Under the pieces are notes generated by a model that was given only the letters and a program-made list of their open reading frames with translations, ran no database searches and was not told the origin of the DNA. 64,000 nt of DNA, taken from contig NC_091289.1 in NCBI RefSeq assembly GCF_032444005.1, positions 5,890,001 through 5,954,000 on the forward strand, given 5' to 3'. This document shows positions 1 through 12,002 of the stretch, one piece after another; the first letter of the stretch is position 1; the number at the start of each line of letters is the position of its first letter. Source of the DNA: Ranitomeya imitator (lineage: Eukaryota). The translations under genes and the position numbers were made by a program.

Positions 1-3000
1 AGGGAGCTCCCCCTAGTGGTGGCTGCAGACAGGATCTTATCATGTATCTCTGTACACAGGGAGCTCCCCCTAGTGGTGACTGCAGACAGGATCTTATCAT
101 GTATCTCTATATACAGGGAGCTCCTCCTAGTGTTGGCTGCAGACAGGATCTTATCATGTATCTCTGTATACAAGGCGCTCCCCCTAGTGGTGACTGCAGA
201 CAGGATCTTATCATGTATCTCTGTATACAGGGAGCTCCCCCTAGTGGTGGCTGCAGACAGGATCTTATCATGTATCTCTGTATACAGGGAGCTCCCCCTA
301 GTGGTGACTGCAGACAGGATCTTATCATGTATCTCTGTATACAGGGAGCTCCCCCTAGTGGTGACTGCAGACAGGATCTTATCATGTATCTCTGTATACA
401 GGGAGCTCCCCCTAGTGGTGACTGCAGACAGGATCTTATCATGTATCTCTGTATACAGGGAGCTCCCCCTAGTGGTGGCTGCAGACAGGATCTTATCATG
501 TATCTCTGTATACAAGGTGCTCCCCCTAGTGGTGGCTGCAGACAGGATCTTATCATGTATCTCTGTATACAGGGAGCTCCCCCTAGTGGTGGCTGCAGAC
601 AGGATCTTATCATGTATCTCTGTATACAGGGAGCTCCCCCTAGTGGTGGCTGCAGACAGGATCTTATCATGTATCTCTGTGTACAGGGAGCTCCCCCTAG
701 TGGTGGCTGCAGACAGGAGCTTATCATGTATCTCTGTATACAGGGAGCTCCCCCTAGTGGTGGCTGCAGACAGGATCTTATCATGTATCTCTGTGTACAG
801 GGAGCTCCCCCTAGTGGTGGCTGCAGACAGGATCTTATCATGTATCTCTGTATACAGAGAGCTCCCCCTAGTGGTGGCTGCAGACAGGATCTCATCATGT
901 ATCTCTGTATACAGGGAGCTCCCCCTAGTGGTGGCTGCAGACAGCATCTTATCATGTATCTCTGTATACAGGGAGCTCCCCCTAGTGGTGACTGTAGACA
1001 GGATCTTATCATGTATCTCTGTATACAGGGAGCTCCCCCTAGTGGTGACTGTAGACAGGATCTTATCATGTATCTCTGTATACAGGGAGCTCCCCCTAGT
1101 GGTGACTGTAGACAGGATCTTATCATGTATCTCTGTATACAGGGAGCTCCCCCTAGTGGTGGCTGCAGACAGGATTTTATCATGTATCTCTGTATACAGG
1201 GAGCTCCCCCTAGTGGTGGCTGCAGACAGAGTCTTATCATGTATCTCTGTATACAGGGAGCTCCCCCTAGTGGTGGCGGCAGACAGAATCTTATCATGTA
1301 TCTCTGTATACAGGGAGCTCCCCCTAGTGATGACTGCAGACAGGATCTCATCATGTATCTCTGTATACAGGGAGCTCCCCCTAGTGGTGGCTGCAGACAG
1401 GATCTTATCATGTATCTCTATACAGGGAGCTCCCCCTAGTGGTGGCGGCAGACAGAATCTTATCATGTATCTCTGTATACAGGGAGCTCCCCCTAGTGGT
1501 GACTGCAGACAGGATCTTATCATGTATCTCTGTATACAGGGAGCTCCCCCTAGTGGTGGCTGCAGACAGGAGCTTATCATGTATCTCTGTATACAGGGAG
1601 CTCCCCCTAGTGGTGGCTGCAGACAGGATCTTATCATGTATCTCTGTGTACAGGGAGCTCCCCCTAGTGGTGGCTGCAGACAGGATCTTATCATGTATCT
1701 CTGTATACAGAGAGCTCCCCCTAGTGGTGGCTGCAGACAGGATCTCATCATGTATCTCTGTATACAGGGAGCTCCCCCTAGTGGTGGCTGCAGACAGCAT
1801 CTTATCATGTATCTCTGTATACAGGGAGCTCCCCCTAGTGGTGACTGTAGACAGGATCTTATCATGTATCTCTGTATACAGGAAGCTCCCCCTAGTGGTG
1901 ACTGTAGACAGGATCTTATCATGTATCTCTGTATACAGGGAGCTCCCCCTAGTGGTGACTGTAGACAGGATCTTATCATGTATCTCTGTATACAGGGAGC
2001 TCCCCCTAGTGGTGGCTGCAGACAGGATTTTATCATGTATCTCTGTATACAGGGAGCTCCCCCTAGTGGTGGCTGCAGACAGAGTCTTATCATGTATCTC
2101 TGTATACAGGGAGCTCCCCCTAGTGGTGGCGGCAGACAGAATCTTATCATGTATCTCTGTATACAGGGAGCTCCCCCTAGTTATGACTGCAGACAGGATC
2201 TCATCATGTATCTCTGTATACAGGGAGCTCCCCCTAGTGGTGGCTGCAGACAGGATCTTATCATGTATCTCTATACAGGGAGCTCCCCCTAGTGGTGGCG
2301 GCAGACAGAATCTTATCATGTATCTCTGTATACAGGGAGCTCCCCCTAGTGGTGACTGCAGACAGGATCTTATCATGTATCTCTGTATACAGGGAGCTCC
2401 CCCTAGTGGTGGCTGCAGACAGGATCTTATCATGTATCTCTGTATACAGGGAGCTCCCCCTAGTGGTGACTGCAGACAGGATCTTATCATGTATCACTGT
2501 ATACAGGGAGCTCCCCCTAGTGGTGGCTGCAGACAGAATCTTATCATGTATCTCTGTATACAGGGAGCTCCCCCTAGTGGTGACTGCAGACAGGATCTTA
2601 TCATGTATTTCTGTATACAGGGAGCTCCCCCTAGTGGTGGCTGCAGACAGGATCTTATCATGTATCTCTGTATACAGGGAGTTCCCCCTAGTGGTGACTG
2701 CAGACAGGATCTTATCATGTATCACTGTATACAGGGAGCTCCCCCTAGTGGTGACTGCAGACAGGATCTTATCATGTATCTCTGTATACAGGGAGCTCCC
2801 CCTAGTGGTGGCTGCAGACAGAATCATATCATGTATCTCTGTATACAGGGAGCTCCCCCTAGTGGTGACTGCAGACAGGATCTTATCATGTATCTCTGTA
2901 TACAGGGAGCTCCCCCTAGTGGTGGCTGCAGACAGAATCATATCATGTATCTCTGTATACAGGGAGCTCCCCCTAGTGGCGGCTGCAGACAGGATCTTAT

Positions 3001-3688
3001 CATATATCTCTGTATACAGGGAGCTGCCCCTAGTGGTGGCTGCAGACAGAATCGTATCATGTATCTCTGTATACAGGGAGCTCCCCCTAGTGGTGGCTGC
3101 AGACAGGATCTTATCATATATCTCTGTATACAGGGAGCTCCCCCTAGTGGTGGCTGCAGACAGAATCGTATCATGTATCTCTGTATACAGGGAGCTCCCC
3201 CTAGTGGTGGCTGCAGACAGGATCTTATCATGTATCTTTGTATACAGGGAACTCCCCCTAGTAGTGGCTGCAGACAGGATCTTATCATATATCTCTGTAT
3301 ACAGGGAGCTCCCCCTAGTGGTGGCTGCAGACAGAATCGTATCATGTATCTCTGTATACAGGGAGCTCCCCCTAGTGGTGGCTGCAGACAGGATCTTATC
3401 ATGTATCTCTGTATACAGGGAGCTCCCCCTAGTGGTGGTTGCAGACAGGATCTTATCATGTATCTCTGTATACAGGGAGCTCCCCCTAGTGGTGACTGCA
3501 GACAGGATCTTATCACGTATCTCTGTATACAGGGAGCTCCCCCTAGTGGTGGCTGCAGACAGGATTTTATCATGTATCTCTGTATACAGGGAGCTCCCCC
3601 TAGTGGTGGCTGCAGTCAGAATATTGTCATGTATCTGTATACAGGGAGCTCCCCCTAGTGGTGACTGCAGACAGGATCTTATCATGTA
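1..3688. repeat. 57-bp minisatellite (~65 units, runs off the window start), in the last intron of the fibulin-like gene
   Basis: Unit cagggagctccccctagtggtggctgcagacaggatcttatcatgtatctctgtata (57 bp = 19 codons), which explains the repetitive ORFs. Confidence 0.97.
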
Positions 3689-4490
3689 AGGTTATACACA
3701 TGGGAAGAAGGAATCAATATCACCATTACACACTGAATGGGAAACCACTGGGTAAATCTGACAGGGAGAAGGACTTGGGGATCCTAGTTAATGATAAACT
3801 TACCTGGAGCAGCCAGTGCCAGGCAGCAGCGGCCAAGGCAAACAGGATCATGGGGTGCATTAAAAGAGGTCTGGATACACATGATGAGAGCATTATACTG
3901 CCTCTGTACAAATCCCTAGTTAGACCGCACATGGAGTACTGTGTCCAGTTTTGGGCACCGGTGCTCAGGAAGGATATAATGGAACTAGAGAGAGTACAAA
4001 GGAGGGCAACAAAATTAATAAAGGGGATGGGAGAACTACAATACCCAGATAGATTAGCGAAATTAGGATTATTTAGTCTAGAAAAAAGACGACTGAGGGG
4101 CGATCTAATAACCATGTATAAGTATATAAGGGGACAATACAAATATCTCGCTGAGGATCTGTTTATACCAAGGAAGGTGACGGGCACAAGGGGGCATTCT
4201 TTGCGTCTGGAGGAGAGAAGGTTTTTCCACCAACATAGAAGAGGATTCTTTACTGTTAGGGCAGTGAGAATCTGGAATTGCTTGCCTGAGGAGGTGGTGA
4301 TGGCGAACTCAGTCGAGGGGTTCAAGAGAGGCCTGGATGTCTTCCTGGAGCAGAACAATATTGTATCATACAATTATTAGGTTCTGTAGAAGGACGTAGA
4401 TCTCGGGATTTATTATGATGGAATATAGGCTGAACTAGATGGACAAATGTCTTTTTTCGGCCTTACTAACTATGTTACTATGTTACTATG
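3684..4490 (+). mobile_element. CR1-clade LINE, 5'-truncated (ORF2 C-terminus plus 3' UTR)
   Basis: Open frame CKVIHMG...EKDLGILV...KANRIMGCIKR...LYKSLVRPHMEYCVQFW...LERVQRRATK...LEKRRLRGDLI...WNCLP, typical of the post-RT region of CR1 ORF2. It ends in (tatgttac)n octamer repeats and is inserted in the 57-bp array. Confidence 0.93.
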
Positions 4491-6842
4491 TATCTCTGTA
4501 TACAGGGAGCTCCCCCTAGTGGTGGCTGCAGTCAGAATATTATCATGTATCTGTATACAGGGAGCTCCCCCTAGCGGTGGCTGCAGACAGTATCTTATCA
4601 TATATCTCTGTATACAGGGAGCTCCCCCTAGTGGTGGCTGCAGACAGGATCTTATCATGTATCTCTGTATACAGGGAGCTCCCCCTAGTGGTGGCTGCAG
4701 ACAGGATCTTATCATATATCTCTGTATACAGGGAGCTCCCCCTAGTGGTGGCAGCAGACAGGATCTTATCATGTATCTCGGTATACAGGGAGCTCCCCCT
4801 AGTGGTGGCTGCAGACAGGATCTTATCATGTATCTCTGTATACAGGGAGCTCCCCCTAGTGGTGGCTGCAGACAGGATCTTATCATGTATCTCTGTATAC
4901 AGGGAGCTCCCCCTAGTGGTGACTGCAGACAGGATCTTATCATGTATCTCTGTATACAGGGAGCTCCCCCTAGTGGTGGCTGCTGACAGGATCTTATCAT
5001 GTATCTCTGTATACAGGGAGCTCCCCCTAGTGGTGACTGCAGACAGGATCTTATCATGTATCTCTGTATACAGGGAGCTCCCCCTAGTGGTGGCTGCAGA
5101 CAGGATCTTATCATGTATCTCTGTATACAGGGAGCTCCCCCTAGTGGTGGCTGCAGACAGGATCTTATCATGTATCTCTGTATACAGGGAGCTCCCCCTA
5201 GTGGTGACTGCAGACAGGATCTTATCATGTATCTCTGTATACAGGGAGCTCCCCCTAGTGGTGGCTGCAGACAGGATCTTATCATGTATCTCTGTATACA
5301 GGGAGCTCCCCCTAGTGGTGGCTGCAGCCAGGATCTTATCATGTATCTCTGTATACAGGGAGCTCCCCCTAGTGGTGACTGCATACAGGATCTTATCATG
5401 TATCTCTGTATACAGGGAGCTCCCCCTAGTGGTGACTGCAGACAGGATCTTATCATGTATCTCTGTATACAGGGAGCTCCCCCTAGTGGTGGCTGCAGAC
5501 AGGATCTTATCATGTATCTCTGTATACAGGGAGCTCCCCCTAGTGGTGGCTGCAGACAGGATCTTATCATGTATCTCTGTATACAGGGAGCTCCCCCTAG
5601 TGGTGGCTGCAGACAGGATCTTATCATGTATCTCTGTATACAGGGAGCTCCCCCTAGTGGTGGCTGCAGACAGGATCTTATCATATATCTCTGTATACAG
5701 GGAGCTCCCCCTAGTGGTGGCCGCAGACAGAATCTTATCATGTATCGCTGTATACAGGGAGCTCCCCCTAGTGGTGGCTGCAGACATTATCTTATCATGT
5801 ATCTCTGTATACAGGGAGCTCCCCCTAGTGGTGACTGCAGACAGAATCTTATCATGTATCTCTGTATACAGGGAGCTCCCCCTAGTGGTGACTGCAGACA
5901 GGATCTTATCATGTATCTCTGTATACAGGGAGCTCCCCCTAGTGGTGGCTGCAGACAGGATCTTATCATGCATCTCTGTATACAGGGAGCTCCCCCTAGT
6001 GGTGACTGCAGACAGGATCTTATCATGTATCTCTGTATACAGGGAGCTCCCCCTAGTGGTGACTGCAGACAGGATCTTATCATGTATCTCTGTATACAGG
6101 GAGCTCCCCCTAGTGGTGACTGCAGACTGGATCTTATCATATATCTCTGTATACAGGGAGCTCCCCCTAGTGGAGGCTGCAGACAGGATCTTATCATGTA
6201 TCTCTGTATACAGGGAGCTCCCCCTAGTGGAGGCTGCAGACAGGATCTTATCATGTATCTCTGTATACAGGGAGCTCCCCCTAGTGGAGGCTGCAGACAG
6301 GATCTTATCATGTATGTCTGTATACAGGGAGCTCCCCCTAGTGGAGGCTGCAGACAGGATCTTATCATGTATGTCTGTATACAGGGAGCTCCCCCTAGTG
6401 GTGACTGCATACAGGATCTTATCATGTATCTCTGTATACAGGGAGCTCCCCCTAGTGGTGACTGCAGACAGGATCTTATCATGTATCTCTGTATACAGGG
6501 AGCTCCCCCTAGTGGTGACTGCAGACAGGATCTTATCATGTATCTCTGTATACAGGGAGCTCCCCATAGTGGTGGCTGCAGACAGGATCTTATCACGTAT
6601 CTCTGTATACAGGGAGCTCCCCCTAGTGGTGGCTGCAGACAGGATCTTATCATGTATCTCTGTATACAGGGAGTTCCCCATAGTGGTGGCTGCAGACAGG
6701 ATCTTATCATGTATCTCTGTATACGGGGAGCTCCCCCTAGTGGTGGCTGCAGACAGGATCTTATCATGTATCTCTGTATACAGGGAGCTCCCCCTAGTGG
6801 TGGCTGCAGACATTATCTTATCATGTATCTCTGTACACAGGA
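4488..6842. repeat. 57-bp minisatellite (~41 units)
   Basis: Same unit as at 1-3688, resuming after the CR1 tail. Confidence 0.97.
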
Positions 6843-7362
6843 GTCTCTCATATGGATCCTTGACTTCCCAATTCACAGATTTACCTTGATAAAGGCCCAA
6901 ATGACTGAAACATTGGCTTGTTTTTTTTTTTTTGTGAAGACATCAATCTCTTTTTTGAATGCATCTCATATCCTTATTTAATTTGCTATTTTTGTGTGCT
7001 GAAGTATTTTCTATATACAGGCAGCTCCCCTTAGTGGTAGCAGCAGACACAATGTTATACTATATTTCCATGTGTTTTCAGGGAATTTGGAGCTCTGGAT
7101 CACGAAATTGAGCTCTAACAGCAGTATAGACATAATAGATAATCAATTAGCACATTTTGTCTTTATTTAGAGTAAAATAAACCCAAATAATGGGAATTCA
7201 GTTGACACCTGGATCCCTTTAATACATGTTGATCTTTTATGTGATATTATGCTGCATTATCAGGGATATAGCTCCATAACCAGTAGTTACAGAAGCCTTC
7301 TCTGATCAGGGATTACTCTTGTGATGCCACACTGTAACTTTCCTTTTATTTTCTTTTTCCAG

Positions 7363-7720
7363 CCAATGTGAGCGGATCACCTGCTTCAACTACCAGGACT
7401 GTCAGAACACCCCGGTGCGGATCTCCTATCATCGCCTCAACTTCCCAATCGGTGTGGTGGTCCCAGCTCAGATTTTCCGCATTTCCCCGTCTCCAGCCTA
7501 TGCTGGAGATAGTATCATCATGGACATCAAGAAAGGAAATGAGGAAAATTATTTCAGCGTTAGAAAATTAAATCCATATACTGGTATCCTCTACATGCAG
7601 AGACCCCTCAGGAAGCCCAAGGATTTCCTGCTGGACGTGGAGATGAAGCTGTATCGCCAGGGAACATTGACAACCTTCCTGTCTAGGATATACATATTTA
7701 TAACTGCGCCTGTCTCCTAA
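7363..7720 (+). CDS. Fibulin-2-like protein, terminal coding exon (fibulin C-terminal domain); upstream exons lie outside the window
   Basis: Acceptor ttttctttttccag|. Frame QCERITCFNYQDCQNTPVRISYHRLNF...QIFRISPSPAYAGD...KGNEENYF...LLDVEMKLYRQGTLTTFLSRIYIFITAPVS* aligns from memory with the human FBLN2 C-terminus (CERTTCHDFLECQNSPARITHYQLNF...LDVEMKLWRQG). AATAAA at 8319-8324. Orthology (FBLN2 or a paralogue) is unresolved. Confidence 0.88.
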
Positions 7721-8732
7721 TATTGCTGTCTTTATAACGAGGACAACAGTAAAGTTACAGGAACCTAAGAAGGGGTCATGGGATGTGTCTATTCATACTG
7801 CAGCATCTCTGGAAACAGGTCCGAGCGAGATCAGCAAGATGGAATATGGGCATCTGGAAATGGGACTAATGTACCCAACAATGTAACCTCCATAACCTCA
7901 GTTATCTGTAGGAAATCAGCGTAATATTTATACTCAGGTGATGGGTTGGGATTTGGTTTGGTTCCATGGAGCAAGTGCTGATGTTTTTTCTTATATTATT
8001 TATCTTTTAAACTGTGGGAATGAGTTAAATCAATGAGGCACCTTGCAGCTCATCCCTCATTGGTGTCACCAGGTTATCGAATATTTCTCATAAACGTTGG
8101 CCACTCCTACAAAATAATGGCAGCTCCCACATTATCGAACGTTCCTTTAAAAGTCACGCTTCTAGTTAATTGTCTTTCGCTCTTTTATATTTTGCGTATG
8201 TTATATTTTAGGGCTTTTGCATTTGCTACCTACAGGGACTGCATGTACCAGATCTGTGGTATTTTATTTATTATGTTTTTAATTTATGTAAATGAATGTA
8301 ACTTTGTTTATTCGCACAAATAAAAAAGGTAATGCTACGCTAATGTTGTCAGTTGTTGCGAATCTCATGGCAGAGGAGATAATGATCCTTCAAGAATTTC
8401 ACAAACTGGAGGTTCAGACAGATTCAAAAAGATCTCAGGATCTCCCAGGGTTACACAAATATGACATTCTATGCAATATGTCTCTCAACCTCCGCATTAG
8501 AGGGCACTGCCCAGCAATAACATGTCAATGTGCTGTTTATTCCAGGCAGTCAGTGTATTTCATTGGTTAGTGTTTACATACAAAAAAATCAGGTTTCACA
8601 CCGCACCCAATTTGGAGGAGAACATAATGCCTGGAGATGGACACAATGGTCGAGGGTGGAGGATCATGGGCGTAGATGAATGAAGCTTTGGCTTCGGATA
8701 TGTTGGCGACTTGGGTCATCACTGACTATTAC

Positions 8733-9114
8733 GCTATGTGCACACGTTGCGGATTTCACTGCGGATCCACAGCGGATTGGATGCTGTGGATTTGCAGCAG
8801 TTTTCCATACGGTTTACAGTACCGTGTAAACCTATGGAAAACAAAATCCGCTGTGCACATGCTGCAGAAAATACCACGCAGAAACGTTGCAGTTTATTTT
8901 CTGCAGCATGTCAATTCTTTGTGCGGATTCCGCAGCATTTTTCATCTGCTCCTCAATAGGAATCCGCCGGTGTAAAACAGCAGGTAAAATCCGCACATAA
9001 AATGCAGGAAATCCATGAGTAATCCGCAGGTAAAATGCAGTGCATTTTACCTGTGGATTTTACAAAAACTGAGCAGAAAAATGTGCACAGAAATCCGCAA
9101 GGTGGGCACATAGC
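8733..9114. mobile_element. MITE (non-autonomous DNA transposon)
   Basis: Terminal inverted repeats gctatgtgcacac ... gtgggcacatagc, with many internal gcggat/atccgc inverted motifs. TSD unclear. Confidence 0.7.
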
Positions 9115-9338
9115 CCTGCACCACTTTATTACACTATTTAGGATATGCACTGAGAGATTCAGCACTCTCCCACACTCCACACGCAAGGAGCTGTAGGTCG
9201 CTGGTTCCTAGATTGGCACCAAGTAGAGGCTAAAAATGAGCCTAATAATAGGAAATGTGACAATAACCAAAAAAAAATACAAAACTATCAAATTTAATCC
9301 ATTGCTGATATGAGGCTACTAATTTGATTTGTTCCTTA

Positions 9339-9739
9339 GGCTTCCTTCACACTTGCGTTGTTTGTAATCCATCGCAATGCGTCGTTTTGGGGAAAAAACA
9401 GATCCTGCAAATGTGCCGGCAGGATGCGTTTTTTGCCCATAGACTTGTATTGCCGACGGATCGTAATGTATGGCCATACGTCGTGCACTGGATGCGTCGT
9501 GTTTTGGCGGACCGTCGGCACAAAAAAACGTTCAATGTAACTTTTTTTGTCTGTTGCGTCCGCCATTTCCTACCGCGTATGTGCAGTCGGAACTCCGCCC
9601 CCTCCTCCCCGGGACATAGAATGGGCAGTGGATGCGTTGAAAAACTGCATCCGATGCCCACGTTGTGGCGAATTTTCACAACGTACGTCGGGCCGACGCA
9701 TTGCGACGGCCCCGTACCGACGCAAGTGTGAAAGAAGCC
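9339..9739. mobile_element. PIF/Harbinger-type MITE
   Basis: 20-bp TIRs ggcttccttcacacttgcgt / acgcaagtgtgaaagaagcc (1 mismatch), flanked by TTA on both sides (9336-38, 9740-42). Confidence 0.85.
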
Positions 9740-10124
9740 TTAGTGACGATGTGATACACATTTGTCTGCTGCAGACAATCTCTGACCGCTGCACTGATCA
9801 TGTGGCTGTATATCATGTCCATAAAGAAAACAGCACATAACATCATTTTCTTTGCAATTTTTATCAATTTGGATTTCATAAGTTTATGTTCAAATACTTC
9901 ATTCTTTCATAATATTCTATTCCCTAATGTGAAAAAAACATCCAGAGTGCGATGCGGGCTCCAACAAAGCTTCCAGGCTGCAGTCACAGCTTTGGTGTGG
10001 GCCGTACATGGGCACATGAGCGCCGCCGAGGAATGAACAGAGATGCTGAGCTACAGGGAAGCGCCTGAGGCCACATTTGTGGGGACCTACCCCTGTGTCA
10101 AGCCTCTATGAAAGCATAAAGGGT

Positions 10125-10311
10125 GGCCTTGTTCACACTAGCAGTATTTGGTCAGTATTTTACATCAGTATTTGTAGCCAAAACCAGGAGTGGAACAATT
10201 AGAGGAAAAGTATAATAGAAACATATGCACCACTTCTGCATTTATCACCCACTCCTGGTTTTGGCTACAAATACTGATGTAAAATACTGACCCAATACTG
10301 CTAGTGTGAAC
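10125..10311. mobile_element. Foldback MITE; right end merges into the 20-bp array
   Basis: ~60-bp near-perfect inverted arms gttcacactagcagtatt...aaaaccaggagtgg / cccactcctggtttt...aatactgctagtgtgaac. Confidence 0.8.
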
Positions 10312-11490
10312 TGTGGACCGGACGTGTGAACTGTGGACCGGACGTGTGAACTGTGGACCGGACGTGTGAAATGTGGACCGGACGTGTGAACCGTGGACTG
10401 GACGTGTGAAATGTGGACCGGACGTGTGAAATGTGGACCGGACGTGTGAAATGTGGACCGGACGTGTGAACCGTGGACTGGACGTGTGAAATGTGGACCG
10501 GACGTGTGAAATGTGGACAGGACGTGTGAAATGTGGACCGGACGTGTGAACCGTGGACTGGACGTGTGAAATGTGGACCGGACGTGTGAACCGTGGACTG
10601 GACGTGTGAAATGTGGACCGGACGTGTGAAATGTGGACAGGACGTGTGAAATGTGGACCGGACGTGTGAACCGTGGACTGGACGTGTGAAATGTGGACCG
10701 GACGTGTGAACCGTGGACCGGACGTGTGAAATGTGGACCGGACGTGTGAAATGTGGACCGGACGTGTGAACCGTGGACCGGACGTGTGAACCGTGGACCG
10801 GACGTGTGAACCGTGGACTGGACGTGTGAAATGTGGACCGGACGTGTGAACCGTGGACCGGACGTGTGAACCGTGGACCAGACGTGTGAAATGTGGACCG
10901 GACGTGTGAACCGTGGACCGGACGTGTGAACCGTGGACCGGACGTGTGAACCGTGGACCAGACGTGTGAAATGTGGACCGGACGTGTGAACCGTGGACCG
11001 GACGTGTGAACCGTGGACCGGACGTGTGAACCGTGGACCGGACGTGTGAAATGTGGACCGGACGTGTGAAATGTGGACCGGACGTGTGAACCGTGGACCG
11101 GACGTGTGAACCGTGGACTGGACGTGTGAAATGTGGACCGGACGTGTGAAATGTGGACCGGACGTGTGAACCGTGGACCGGACGTGTGAAATGTGGACCG
11201 GACGTGTGAACCGTGGACTGGACGTGTGAAATGTGGACCGGACGTGTGAACCGTGGACCGGACGTGTGAAATGTGGACCGGACGTGTGAACCGTGGACTG
11301 GACGTGTGAAATGTGGACCGGACGTGTGAAATGTGGACCGGACGTGTGAAATGTGGACAGGACGTGTGAAATGTGGACCGGACGTGTGAAATGTGGACCG
11401 GACGTGTGAACCGTGGACCGGACGTGTGAAATGTGGACCGGACGTGTGAAATGTGGACCGGACGTGTGAACCGTGGACCGGACGTGTGTA
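10304..11490. repeat. 20-bp minisatellite (~59 units)
   Basis: Unit ggacgtgtgaa(ct/at/cc)gtggacc. Confidence 0.97.
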
Positions 11491-11725
11491 CTGGACCTGT
11501 GGACCGAGGCCAGGATGCCAGTGAAGACCCCTCTGTTTTCACTCGTGGCCCCTGCAGCTGAGGAGACATGACCCCACTGCCAGTGTCTCAGGTCCTCGCT
11601 GCCCCTTCCGCCATCAGGTTTGTTTACACAGAGAACATAAATATTTAAGAATCAGAACAGAATTCTGTAAATATTGAAGTCAGAGAAAGATACAATGTAA
11701 CAACCAGAACCCTCCGCTGGCTCCT

Positions 11726-11927
11726 CCCACAATCCCGCCCCTGGGAACGTCCCGGCAGCAGATTGGACGGCGCAGAGTGAGAAGTTGTAGTGGGCGGGGC
11801 CGCAGTGATTGACGGCAGCGCTGCTCCAGGCTAAATTGTGAGGAGGAAGATGTGAGGCCGCGACTGCCCGGAGCACAGGGGAGGACGGCGGTCAGGATGA
11901 GCTCCAAGCCCGGCGCGGAGCGGGACA
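11726..11927 (+). pseudogene. Duplicated orphan promoter and putative exon 1 of the BORCS6-like gene (no downstream BORCS6 exons follow)
   Basis: Copy of 20600-20801 (offset 8874): GC boxes, inverted CCAAT, ATG at 11897, donor gtgagt at 11928. The copy is cut off by the junction at 13767. Confidence 0.65.
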
Positions 11928-12002
11928 GTGAGTGCGGAGGCCGCGGGTGTGTCCGGGCCTGTAACATCGTGTACAACACAGCGACCAATCCGGAGATGCT
12001 GG

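Noticed and set aside
3658-4380. 240-aa ORF as a host gene (also 14403-15125)
   Set aside because: The first residues come from the satellite and the rest is the C-terminus of CR1 ORF2 from a 5'-truncated insertion.
16-6981. Long repetitive ORFs (up to 785 aa) on both strands in the 57-bp array
   Set aside because: The unit length is a multiple of 3, so frames stay open. Several frames and both strands are open together, and frameshifting variant units are tolerated. They lie in an intron and are not genes.
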